Assembly: GCF_006345805.1 (NCBI RefSeq)
Contig: NC_043000.1
Location: forward strand, 87,730,001 to 87,794,000
DNA from: Octopus sinensis
Taxonomy: Eukaryota
Length of the DNA: 64,000 nucleotides
Direction: 5' to 3'
Part shown: positions 1 through 10,213 of the stretch, piece by piece
How the letters are laid out: each line of letters begins with the position of its first letter
Numbering within the stretch: the stretch's first letter is position 1
The notes under the pieces: model-generated
Databases searched by the model: none
The model's input: only the letters and a program-made list of their open reading frames with translations
What the model was told of the DNA's origin: nothing
Made by a program: the position numbers and the translations under genes

Positions 1-844
1 ATATGGAAAATAATTTTGTCTGCAACAGTAAAGAATGAAGAAAGAGAAAGAGAAGAAAAAAAAACAAGAGAAAATTCAAAGAGACTACAGTGCAAAACCC
101 ATTTATTGTTGAAGCACAAGTAGAATGTTTTATAATAATAATAGACAAGGAAATATTGTCAATTTAGTTAGATTGGACACAAAGAAAGTGAACAGTGCCA
201 AAGAATTCTTTCAGACTGAGTTTATTGGTAAAGATATAATATCAGATAATGTAGTCATTGCTACAGTGAATACTGAAAAGGGTCAGAAAATGAAGAAAAC
301 ATGCCAGAAAATTGTCTCTCATATTTGCCAGGAAAAATGAAAATATTAGTGTTTTATTAATGTGTTTTTCTCCTCACCTCACATATGTATTTGTAGTTAA
401 CTTCTTTAATAATTGATGCAGTAGTTGTACCTGCAGCACCACTACCACTACAATAAGGCCATTGTTTGTATGCATACACATGCACATACATGTACATGCA
501 CACACACATGCTGGTTGTCTGCTTATCAGCCAAGCATGACCGCCACTGACAGGTAAGAACACAAGATAAGAGTTATGCGAGGGTTTTAAGCTAAGTGCAG
601 CTTACACAACACTACACTGACTCTCACTAGCAATACCAAGAAGCCCAGCGACAAGCAAAGTTCAAGATATCTAGCCCAGTAGAGCAGCAGGTTTTATATA
701 TAAGGTAGCCTTTTCCAAAAGGGATGCCTTGACAAAGACCCTAGGGTCCCTCATTCTCAGTGGGCTTACTGCACCTTCAGACACCAACCCAAGTACTTCT
801 ATGTCCTGTCACTCACACACACACACACACTTACATATAATGCT

Positions 845-995
845 CTTGCAGTTTCCATCAGCAAAATCTACTCAGAAGGCTTTGGTTGGCTTGTGATTAT
901 AGAAGACACTTGCCCAAGGTGGCATGCAGTAGGACTGAACTCAAAACCATGTGATTGAGAATTGAACTTCTTAACCATACAGCCAAGCCTGTACC
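845..995 (-). mobile_element. tRNA-derived SINE family 1, 5' half
   Basis: Reverse complement of ggctgtgtggttaagaag...ccttgggcaagtgtcttctat...gaaactg, a motif that recurs throughout the window. Confidence 0.7.
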
Positions 996-1162
996 TGTGT
1001 ATGTTAACATTAATCCACACACACACACGCATGCATGCATGCATGCATACATGAATAAAACAGATATTAGAAGTAAGAAATTAATGACTATTATTATTAT
1101 TATTATACACATTCATTGAAAACGTTTAAAAATTTGTGTTAAAAAAAAAAACTACTTCATAC

Positions 1163-1414
1163 CTGAAAATGTGGTGTTAGTGCTTTGTATATACGTTCCA
1201 CGGTGGTGTACAAGAGCTCAGTAACAGACTCTGGAGGGTCATTCACCATTAATGCTTTCTGTAGACCATTCAAAGTGACAGAAGACTGAGATTGTCTTTG
1301 GTCAAAGAGAAACGGGTTAACGCATTCATGTTCCAGAAATTCCTTGAGTGTTTTCAAAGGGATGCATTTGATGAGGACATCCAAGTTTTGATAAAATATA
1401 TTCTGAGCTTCCAC
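1163..1414 (-). CDS. FOCAD: Focadhesin exon (VEAQNIFYQNLDVLIKCIP...LYTTVERIYKALTPHFQ)
   Basis: ttcttag| acceptor, CAG|gtatga donor, 252 nt, phase 0-0. Matches the FOCAD region ALHGLSQAMKLPSPAHHLWSLLSEATGKIFDLLP; the gene continues past the window start. Confidence 0.88.
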
Positions 1415-1611
1415 CTAAGAAAATACAAAGAATAAAAGAAATAAAAAAAAAATCCATGCTTATAAAATCATCATCATCATTGTCATTGTCGCTGTCATCA
1501 TTGTTATCATCATCTAATTTTAGTGTCCACTTTTCCTTGCTTGCAACCCATGTTAAATGATGATGATGATGATGAGGAGGAGGATATATATATCTATATA
1601 TATATAAATAC

Positions 1612-1800
1612 GCACTCCGGTGGCATGTAAAAGCATCCATTATACTCTCGGAGTGGTTGGCCTTAGGGAGGGCATCCAGCAGTAGAAAACCATGCCAAAT
1701 CAGACTGAAGTCTGGTGCAGCCTTCCAGCATGCCAGGCCAGTCAAACCATCCAGTCCATGCAAGCATGGACAATGGATGTTAAATAATGTTGATGATGAT
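1612..1800 (+). mobile_element. RTE 3'-tail fragment (SINE-like), inverted relative to the adjacent RTE tail
   Basis: ggagtggttggc..gggcatccagc.gtagaaa...gcatgga...gttaaa(tga)n, homologous to 1842-2030 in reverse. Confidence 0.8.
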
Positions 1801-1841
1801 ATATATGCATATATATATACATATACATTTATATATATATA

Positions 1842-4624
1842 TCATCATCATTTAGCGTCCGCTTTCCATGCTAGCATGGGTTAGACAGTTCAACTGGGGT
1901 CTGTGAAGCCAGAAGGCTGCATCAGGCCCAGTCTGATCTGGCAGTGTTTCTACGGCTGGATGCCCTTCCTGATGCCAACCACTCTGTGAGTGTAGTGGGT
2001 GCTTTTTACGTGCCACCCGCACAGGTGCCAGACGGAGCTGGCAAACGGCCACGGACAGATGGTGCTTTTTACGTGCCACCGGCACGGGGGCCAGGCGAGG
2101 CTGGCAATGGCCACGAATGGATGGTGCTTTTTACATGCCACCGGCACGGAGGCCATTTGGGGCGGCGCTGGCAATGGTCACAATCGGATGGTTCGCTTAC
2201 TTGTCACCGGCACTGGTATCACAGCTGCAATTTCCATTGATGTTGATCAACTTCGATTTTGGTTCTGCTTTCTGATATCTGATTTGATTTGGTTTGATTT
2301 TGATTTTGATTTTGATTTTCACTAGCCTCAACGGGTCTTCACAAGTGGAGTTTTGTGTCCCAAGAAGGAAAGGTATGTATAAGTCGACTGGCTACATACC
2401 AGGTAGAGGCCACGGGTTATGGTCTCACTAGTCTTGCTGGGTCTTCTCACGCACAGCATACTTCCATAGGTCTCGGTCTCTAGTCATTTCCTTGGTGAGA
2501 CCTAAAGTTCGAAGGTCGTGCTTCACAACCTCGTCCCAGGTTTTCCTGGGTCTATCTCTTCCACAGGTTTCCTCAACCGCTAGGGTGTGGCACTTTTGCA
2601 CACAACTATCTTCAGCCATTCTCGTCACATGACCATACCAGCGCAAACGTCTCTCTTGCACACCACATCTGACGCTTCTTAGGTTCAACTTTTCTCTCAA
2701 GGAACTTACACTCTGACGATTATGAACACTGACATTACACATCCATCGGAGCATACTGGCTTCATTTCTTGCGAGCTTACACATATCCTCAGCAGTCACA
2801 GCCCATGTTTCACTACCATGTAGCATGGCTGTTTGTACACATGCATCATACAGTCTGCCTTTTACTCTGAGCGAGAGGGCTTTTGTCACCAGCAAGGGTA
2901 AGAGCTCTCTGAACTTTGCCCAGGCTATTCTTATTCTAGCAGTTACACTTTCAGCACACCCACCCCCGCTACTGACTTGGTCACCTAGGTAGCGGAAGCT
3001 ATCAACTACTTCTAGTTTTTCTCCCTGGAACGTGATAGAAGTTGTTTTCTGCACATTTTCAGTGTTTATTGCTCCTGAGCATCTGCCACAGACAAAAACT
3101 ATTTTCCTAGTTAGCCTTCCTTTGACATTGCTGCACCTCTTATGTGTCCATAGCTTACACTTGGTGCACCTTATAGAGTTTCTACCTACACCTTCTTTAC
3201 AGATCGAGCAGGGCCATCTACCTGAAGGCGTTTGTGATTGGTCTACCTTCCTACTTATTAGGACTTTGGTTTTGGCTAGGTTGATTCTAAGGCCCTTCGA
3301 TTCTAATCCTTGCTTCCACACCTGAAACTTCTCCTCCAGTTCTGATAGTGACTCAGCAATTAGAGCAAGGTCATCAGCATAGAGGAGCTCCTAGGGGCAT
3401 CCTGTCTTGAATTCCTCCATTATTGCCTGGAGGACTATGATAAATAGGAGGGGACTGAGGACTGAAACTTGGTGGACCCCAACCTCTACCCGGAATTCAT
3501 CACTGTACTCGTTGCCAACCCTCACCTTACTAGCAGCGTCTCTGTACATGGCTCGCACAGCTCTCACTAACCATTCATCTATCCCTAGTTTCCTCATTGA
3601 CCACCAGATAAGGGATCGGGGGACCCTGTCGAAGGCTTTCTCCATGTCAACAAAAGCCAGGTACAGGGGTTTATTTTTGGCTAGGTATTTCTCCTGCAGC
3701 TGTCTTACCAGGAATATAGTAGCATCAGTAGTACTTTTCCCTGGCATGAACCCAAACTGCGTCCCATCTAAGCTAACTCTCTCTCTAATTAGTTGGGCTA
3801 TAACCCTCTCCATAACCTTCATTACCTGATCCAGCAGCTTGATACCCCTGTAGTTATTTGTATCTAGGGCGTCACCTTTACCTTTGTAGCAGTTGACTAT
3901 TATGCTGCTACACCAGTCATTGGGAATGACTCCTTTGTGTATCACCTGGTTAACTATACGGATGACTAGGCTATAGCCTACACTATCAGATATTTTGAGC
4001 ATCTCTGCAGTAATTCCTGATGGGCCTGGGGCTTTCCCTGTTTTCATGCTTGTAATTACCTTAACTACTAAGGAACTGTCAACTCGGATTGCTGGTCCCT
4101 CTGTTGGGTTGACATTCGGCAGACTCTCTTTATCCCATTCATTTTCCTCATTCAGCAACCTTTCATAGTGGCGTCTCCAAACCTCTCTCTTTGCATCCTC
4201 ATTTAGAGCAAGTGAACCGTCATCCTTGCGAACACATTTCTCTCCTACCACGTCACGATTCTCTCTCACACACTGTCTTGCAACACGAAATACCTCAAGT
4301 CTTTCATCCTCACAGCGCAGAACATTGGCAAATTTTTTCTTATCTGCTTCCCCTCTGGCTAAATACATCTGCCTCCTAGCTTCCCTTCTGGCAGTCTGAT
4401 ACACTTCCCTGCTACCACCGTTCTTCCAGTGCTTTCAAGCCTGTTTCTTTTGTCTAATAGCCCTGTCAACAATATTGTTCCACCACCACCTTATTTTGGG
4501 TCTTGAGGGGACTTTGCACCAGCCACAGATCTGGTCAGTGGCTTTCAGCAGGTTGTCCCTTAGAAGCATCCAGTTGTCTTCTACCCCATGTGTAGCTATA
4601 CCCCCTTCTATTTCGTCAAATGCT
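1842..4624 (-). mobile_element. RTE-clade LINE, 5'-truncated (no APE domain): RT + PHD finger + about 580-nt 3'UTR with (ATG)n tail
   Basis: One reading frame from about 4620 to 2428 with only two in-frame stops (4435-4437, 3391-3393). RT motifs KAPGPSG, NYRGIKLL, FVDMEKAFDRV, LLYADD, FRYLG, and the RTE C-terminus LRWYGHV...RPRKTW. Confidence 0.95.
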
Positions 4625-4626
4625 TA

Positions 4627-5076
4627 ATTGAATTTCTAAATGTCTCAGAGAGACATAAGCGGTGGTAAAGCGATATAGTGGTCGTATACCGTCAACTCAA
4701 TGTGACAGTCCTGTAAGGGAATTACACCACCGCCATTTAGCCCTAGGAAACATTGACTTCTCCTGTCGGCTTTGACACATTTTCTGTGTCCTTATATTTG
4801 CAAAGGGGAGGCAATCACCCCTGCCAGCTGGGACTAAGCACCTGAAGACATATGTTTCTGAGTCTATTGCTCGTCGTCAGTTCAGGGTAGCCAGTCTCGC
4901 TCGCTGAAATGACTGCAACCCCTTCGCAAATATATCATATTATCAGTAAAATTTATTTACTGATCACCGAAATTAGAAATATTGAATTTCTAAATGTCTC
5001 AGAGAGACATAAGCGGTGGTGGAGCGATATAGTGGTCGTATACCGTCAACTCAATGTGACAGTCCCGTAAGGGAAT
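4627..5076 (-). mobile_element. Retrozyme-like or Penelope pLTR-like non-coding element: 354-nt unit x1.27 with hammerhead ribozyme
   Basis: 96-nt direct repeats at 4627-4722 and 4981-5076 (3 mismatches), internal HHR, many hairpins, no ORF. Confidence 0.72.
4841..4886 (-). ncRNA. Minimal type I hammerhead ribozyme
   Basis: Minus strand reads ccugaa-CUGACGA-cgagcaauagacuca-GAAA-cauauGUC-uucagg: stem I ccugaa/uucagg, conserved core, palindromic stem III ACAUAUGU, GUC cleavage triplet. C-A mismatch at the base of stem II. Confidence 0.8.
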
Positions 5077-5086
5077 ATATATATAT

Positions 5087-5161
<75 letters not shown>

Positions 5162-6039
5162 GTAGGTGTCTTCCACTATAGCCCCGAGCTGACCGGAGCT
5201 TTGTGATTGAATTCGATAGGTGGAAGATACTGCCGTGTGTGTATATGTGCGTGTAGGTGCTTGTGCCTCTCCGAAAGAGAGAGAGGGATATCATATATAA
5301 ATTAGAGAAACAAACCACTATTATGCAATTCATGTTATACTCCCTATTATTATTATTATTATTATTATTGATTATATATATATATATATATATATATGTG
5401 TAGGGATGGGAGGGTTAAATTTACACTCTGAAAATCCCTCTACAGGCAGTGTTGTTGTCACTTCTGCAAACAAAATGTTTGCTCACTTAAATGGGTAAGA
5501 GTTAACACTAGAAAGAGCATCCAATTGAACACAATTGAACAACAATGCATCAATAATATATTCATATAGTCCATGCTAGTATTGAATAATGAACATAAAA
5601 CCAAGAAACACTATGATCAATTAAAAGAGAATGTATCATTTTACATGTGCTTTACTATATTTCTATCTTTAAATAGGGGTGAAGAGAGACCACTGTATTT
5701 TATGGTTTTCCCCAGCATATTATAGTATTTCTGCAAAGTTGATGAATATTTTATTAGTTGATAAGAAGTTAAAAAGAACAACAGAAAGATAGATGTAGGT
5801 GTCTTGCTGTTGAAGAAACAAGGATATCCTACGTGAAGACACACACTTACTTACACAAAATAGGCTGCTTTCAGCTTCCATTTATCAAATCCACTCCCAA
5901 GTCACAAGGCTTTGGTAAGCCCAGGGTTATAATAAAAGAAATTTGTCCAAGGTGCTGCACAGTGGGACTGAACCTGAAGCCACATGGTTATAAAGCAATC
6001 TTCTTAAGCTCACAGCCACAACCAAACTTGCTCCTGTAC

Positions 6040-6086
<47 letters not shown>

Positions 6087-6152
6087 ACTACTACTACTAC
6101 AACAGTAGCAGCAGACAAAGTATAACATATTTCAACAGTACAATGAAGCTGA

Positions 6153-6625
6153 AGGTCTGGCAGAAACGTTAGCACCCCAGGCGAAATGCCTAGCGGTATT
6201 TCGTCTGCCGTTACGTTGTGAGTTCAAATTCCACCGAGGTCGACTTTGCCTTTAATCCTTTCAGGGTCGATTAAATAAGTACCAGTTACACACTGGGGGC
6301 GATATAATCGACTTAATCCGTTTCTCTGTCCTTGTTTGTCCCCTCTGTGTTTAGCCCCTTGTGGGTAGTAAAGAAAAAGGTATTTGTCAATCAATGCTCA
6401 AGTATGATAATCCTTTCTGCTAAAGACACAAGGCCTGACATTTTCGGGGTGGGGATAAGGCAATTACAATGACCCCAGTCTTCAACTGGTACTTAATTTA
6501 TCGACCCCAAAAGCATGAAAGGCAAAGTCGACCTCAGCGGAATTTGAACTCAGAACATAGCGATGGGTGCAATATCGCTAAGCATTTCATCCAGCATGCT
6601 ATTGATTCTGCCAGCTTGCTGCCTT
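6153..6625. mobile_element. Tail-to-tail pair of SINE family 2 copies (+ 6153-6381; - about 6408-6625)
   Basis: ctggcagaa.cgttagc...gagttcaaattc..gaggtcgactttgcctt..atcctttc.gggtcgat (Nin-domain-like core, from memory) present in both orientations. Confidence 0.8.
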
Positions 6626-6682
6626 ATTATAATAATATAACTAATAATAATAATAATAATAATAATAATGATAATAATAATC

Positions 6683-7110
6683 ATGTGTATTCCTTGCGAT
6701 TACAGTATAGCGGCGAAAGAATTCGACAAGATCAGTAAATATAAAGACTTGCTAATTGAAATAGAAAAAAATGTGGCATCTCAAGGCAACTACAGTACCA
6801 GTGATTGTAGGATCTCTAGGAATGATAAAAAAAGGCACTGAAACCCATTTGAAAATGATACCAGGCTTACCATCCCTACAGGAAATGCAAAAAATCGTGT
6901 TAACTAGAATGACTCATGTACTGAGAAGAGCATTATCACTGTGAAAACAACATCCATTCATGAATTTATTGGTTTATTATGTTTTTAAATATATATTTTA
7001 TCTGTGAATTTGCATCTGTAATCTGGGAATACATACAATGAACTTCTCTGCCCTAGGTGTATGGAAAACACTCGGCGAGAAACAGAAGAAAATTTGAAGA
7101 AGGAAAAAAT
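6683..7110 (+). mobile_element. 3' fragment of an RLE-type non-LTR retrotransposon (R4/Dong- or NeSL-like)
   Basis: MCIPCDYSIAAKEFDKISKYKDLLIEIEK, frameshift, then MWHLKATTVPVIVGSLGMIK...VLRRALSL*, resembling the C-terminal restriction-like endonuclease motif. Flanked by (TAA)n. Confidence 0.78.
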
Positions 7111-7465
7111 AGAAATAATAATAATATTAATGATGATGATGTTGATCATCATCATCATCAAATAACTATAAATAATGAAAAAGTGAAATATCAGTGTAAC
7201 AATGAAAACTATTTAGGATGTCACATTTTAAACTTGTTGAATGGTTGTGGAAATTTAGGCATGGAGTCAACAAATCTAGATATTTATTGGTTTGGAATTT
7301 TGTGATTCCACGGTTAAATTATGTCCAAGGGTAGTGGAACAATCAACTACAATTTTATGAAGGGTCTTTTCAGCTTTCTACTCTAACTTTAGATATGAAT
7401 ATAAAGAGTGAATGAAAGAGCCAATATGTTTTTTTGCTAATACTCTAGAAATAGCTATTCATCCT

Positions 7466-8072
7466 AAGGCGGCAAGCTGGCAGAAACGTTAGCACACCAG
7501 GCGAAATGTTTAGCGGTATTTCGTCTGCTGTTATGTTCTGAGTTCAAATTCAGCTGAGGTTGACTTTGTCTTTCATCCTTTTGGGCTCGATAAATTAAGT
7601 ACCAGTTACGCATTGGAGCCAATGTAATTGACTTAATCTGTTTTTCTGTCCTTGTTTGTCTCCTCTGTGTTTAGCCCCTTGTGGGTAGTAAAGAAATAGG
7701 TATTTTGTCTGCTGTTATGTTCTGAGTTCAAATTCTGCCGAGGTCAACTTTGCCTTTCATCCTTTCGGAGTTGATAAATTGAGTACCAGTTACGCACTGG
7801 AGTCAATGTAATTGACTTAATCCGTTTCCCTGTCCTTTTTGTTCCCTCTGTGTGTAGAATCGATAGCATGCTGGATGAAATGCTTAGCGATATTGCACCC
7901 ATCGCTGTGTTCTAAGTTCAAATTCTTCTGAGGTCAACTTTGTCTTTCATCCTTTCGGGGTCGATGGATTAAGTACCAGTTATGCACTGGGGTCAATGTA
8001 ATCGACTTAATCCCTTTGTCTCTCCTTGTTTGTCTCCTCTATGTTTAGCCCCTTGTGGGCAATAAAGAAATA
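7466..8072 (+). mobile_element. Three tandem SINE family 2 copies (full, partial, full)
   Basis: The core gttctgagttcaaatt...tttcatcctttcgg..tcgat...agtaccagtta.gcactgg recurs at about 7540, 7720 and 7910. Confidence 0.85.
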
Positions 8073-8228
8073 AGATGGTCATGACCAGAAAGTTATTGCT
8101 TGTTGGTTTGCATGAAGAGGTGAGGCCTGGAGCTAAATGACAACAGCAACAGCATGGAAATTATTGAAAAGAGGTTTTAGTGTTAATCATTGTTTTTAGT
8201 AGAGTCATAAAGTTGTAAAGCAACTTAC

Positions 8229-8344
8229 AGGCAAAGAATTAAATAAAGCTGAACTGAGCCATGTGGCAAGGAACACGGAAGCAGATGAAGATGTTGTTGA
8301 CTGAGATATTGCTACCTGGAGGCTGAGACATTTTACTTCAGTAC
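8229..8344 (-). CDS. FOCAD: Focadhesin exon (TEVKCLSLQVAISQSTTSSSASVFLATWLSSALFNSLP)
   Basis: ttcacag| acceptor, |gtaagt donor, 116 nt, phase 1 to 0. Matches EEIQQLCLEIMVTQAQSSQNAAALLGLWVTPPLIHSLS. Confidence 0.92.
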
Positions 8345-9661
8345 CTGTGAAAAGATATAAAAATGATAAATAAAACATAATACAATGATCTTTAATTGTC
8401 AGTAATGATTTCGTCTAACATATATAAGGCTGTGTCATCCTCATCATAATTATCACCCTCATTCAACTTCCACTTTTCCAGGTTTGCAAGAGTTTCACAG
8501 AATTTGTTGAGGCAAACTCTGATGCCCTTCCTGTCACTGACCCTCACCTGTTTCTAAGCAAGGTAATGTTTCCCTATGGCCAGGCATGTTTTCCTAGAAG
8601 ACTGAAAATGAGGATGATGCTGGTTTACAATCATCATGTAACTCAACCAACCTTCACACTGGTCAAAAGAGATAAACATCCTTCTGGTAAACATCCATTA
8701 ATGTTATATTACCCTTAGAAATGAAACCATGAAGATGATCAACCTGATACCCATAGATACTATGGACTACACTGTAATCATCCCAGGAATACGGACTGTG
8801 ATCTTAAGAAACATGGGATTTGTGGAAATGCATGTAGCGATGCATTAAATGTTTATAAAGTCCATCTAAGGATTATTGTTATTATTACTATATGTATATA
8901 TGAATATGTATAATATATATGTAAGGATGTATGTGTGTGTGTGTGTGTATATATATGTAGGAAAGAGAGTTTGAAAATGTAGAGGTCATTTAAAGATGTT
9001 ATTGACTTCACCGGTTTCACTTTCTTTAAAAAAAGATATTGAAAAGTAAAATGTAAAGCTTTGTATAAGCTTTGTTGTGTTAAAAAATGGTTATCATAAT
9101 TGTATATTAAAATACAGTTATACAGTCTTAGATAATGATAAGAAAATGTTAAAAAATAGAATCTATGACAATGAATGATAAGAAAATGTTAAGAGGGGCT
9201 TTTTGCTTAAACAGTTTACATGGAAGTGTTCAAAATAGGTAGTAAAATGAATTTATAATTATTTTAAGTTCATCAAAAATCATGGTTGTATAAGAATTAT
9301 ATATACAGAAGGAAATATATTTAAGTATTTATATAGAATTTTAGGGGAATGACCAACCTTTTCATTCATCATCTTCTGTCTTGTAGTGTGTTTGCTATTT
9401 TTAGACATAGTGTGGGAGGTTGGTTGGTGGGGGAGGGCATTATGGAATCAAAAGAATTTTTTTGTTTTTGGGCTAGTCTGTCATGGTTCAGTGGTTTTTG
9501 TGATTGGTCTTATAGTTCAAAATGGTGTGTGTGTCTCAGTGCACATTTTTATGTGTGTGTGTATATATATATGTGCTTGTGTTTGTGTGTTTTTATTTTT
9601 ATTAGTCTTAGATTCAGCGTGGTGTGTGTATATAAAGGGAGAGAGAGAGAAATATACTCAC

Positions 9662-9787
9662 TGTAAGTCAATCTGAGATAAGGGGAAAACAGAAGAGCCC
9701 AGTTGAGAGGAGGTAGGGCTCTTTTGATATTCTTATTGAGTGCAACAAGAGCTAACTTCACTGCAGAGTTGGAAATCGTTTCAGAAC
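9662..9787 (-). CDS. FOCAD: Focadhesin exon (SETISNSAVKLAL...ALPPLNWALLFSPYLRLTY)
   Basis: tttag| acceptor, A|gtgagt donor, 126 nt, phase 1-1. Matches YQYPPVNWAALLSPLMRLNF. Confidence 0.93.
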
Positions 9788-9862
9788 CTAAACGTAAATG
9801 GAGGCAGAAATAGATAATTTTTGACACTTAAACACTTTTAAATACATACACAACTTACTATA

Positions 9863-9963
<101 letters not shown>

Positions 9964-9994
9964 ATATATATATCTACTGCAATCTATTTGTCAA

Positions 9995-10213
9995 CCCTTT
10001 TGATACCAACCTGTCTGAGACTGTTCTTGGTTTTATGATAGAAAATTTTCTGTTTAAAGGTGATCTAAAGTGAAACCTTCTGCCAAAATTACATATGGAT
10101 TTGTTTCAAATACTAGCTTAATATTAACAAGTTATTTTAAGAAATTTTTCATTATTTTCAAAATTGATTGAACAGAAGGAGTGTATTTCAATGAAAATAT
10201 GGTAATAAGGGGG
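9995..10213. mobile_element. Degenerate piggyBac-type MITE (family A, ccctttgataccaacc end)
   Basis: aacccttttgatacc start and atggtaataagggg end; TTAA target sites decayed. Confidence 0.6.

Noticed and set aside
125-340. 71-aa plus-strand ORF
   Set aside because: No recognisable motif or splice context; probably a decayed retroelement or chance.
1-1162. Expected next FOCAD exon
   Set aside because: No minus-strand segment with valid splice sites and FOCAD-like peptide was found; it probably lies outside the window.
3032-4379. Plus-strand ORFs 3032-3325, 3407-3829 and 4191-4379
   Set aside because: Antisense shadows of the RTE ORF.
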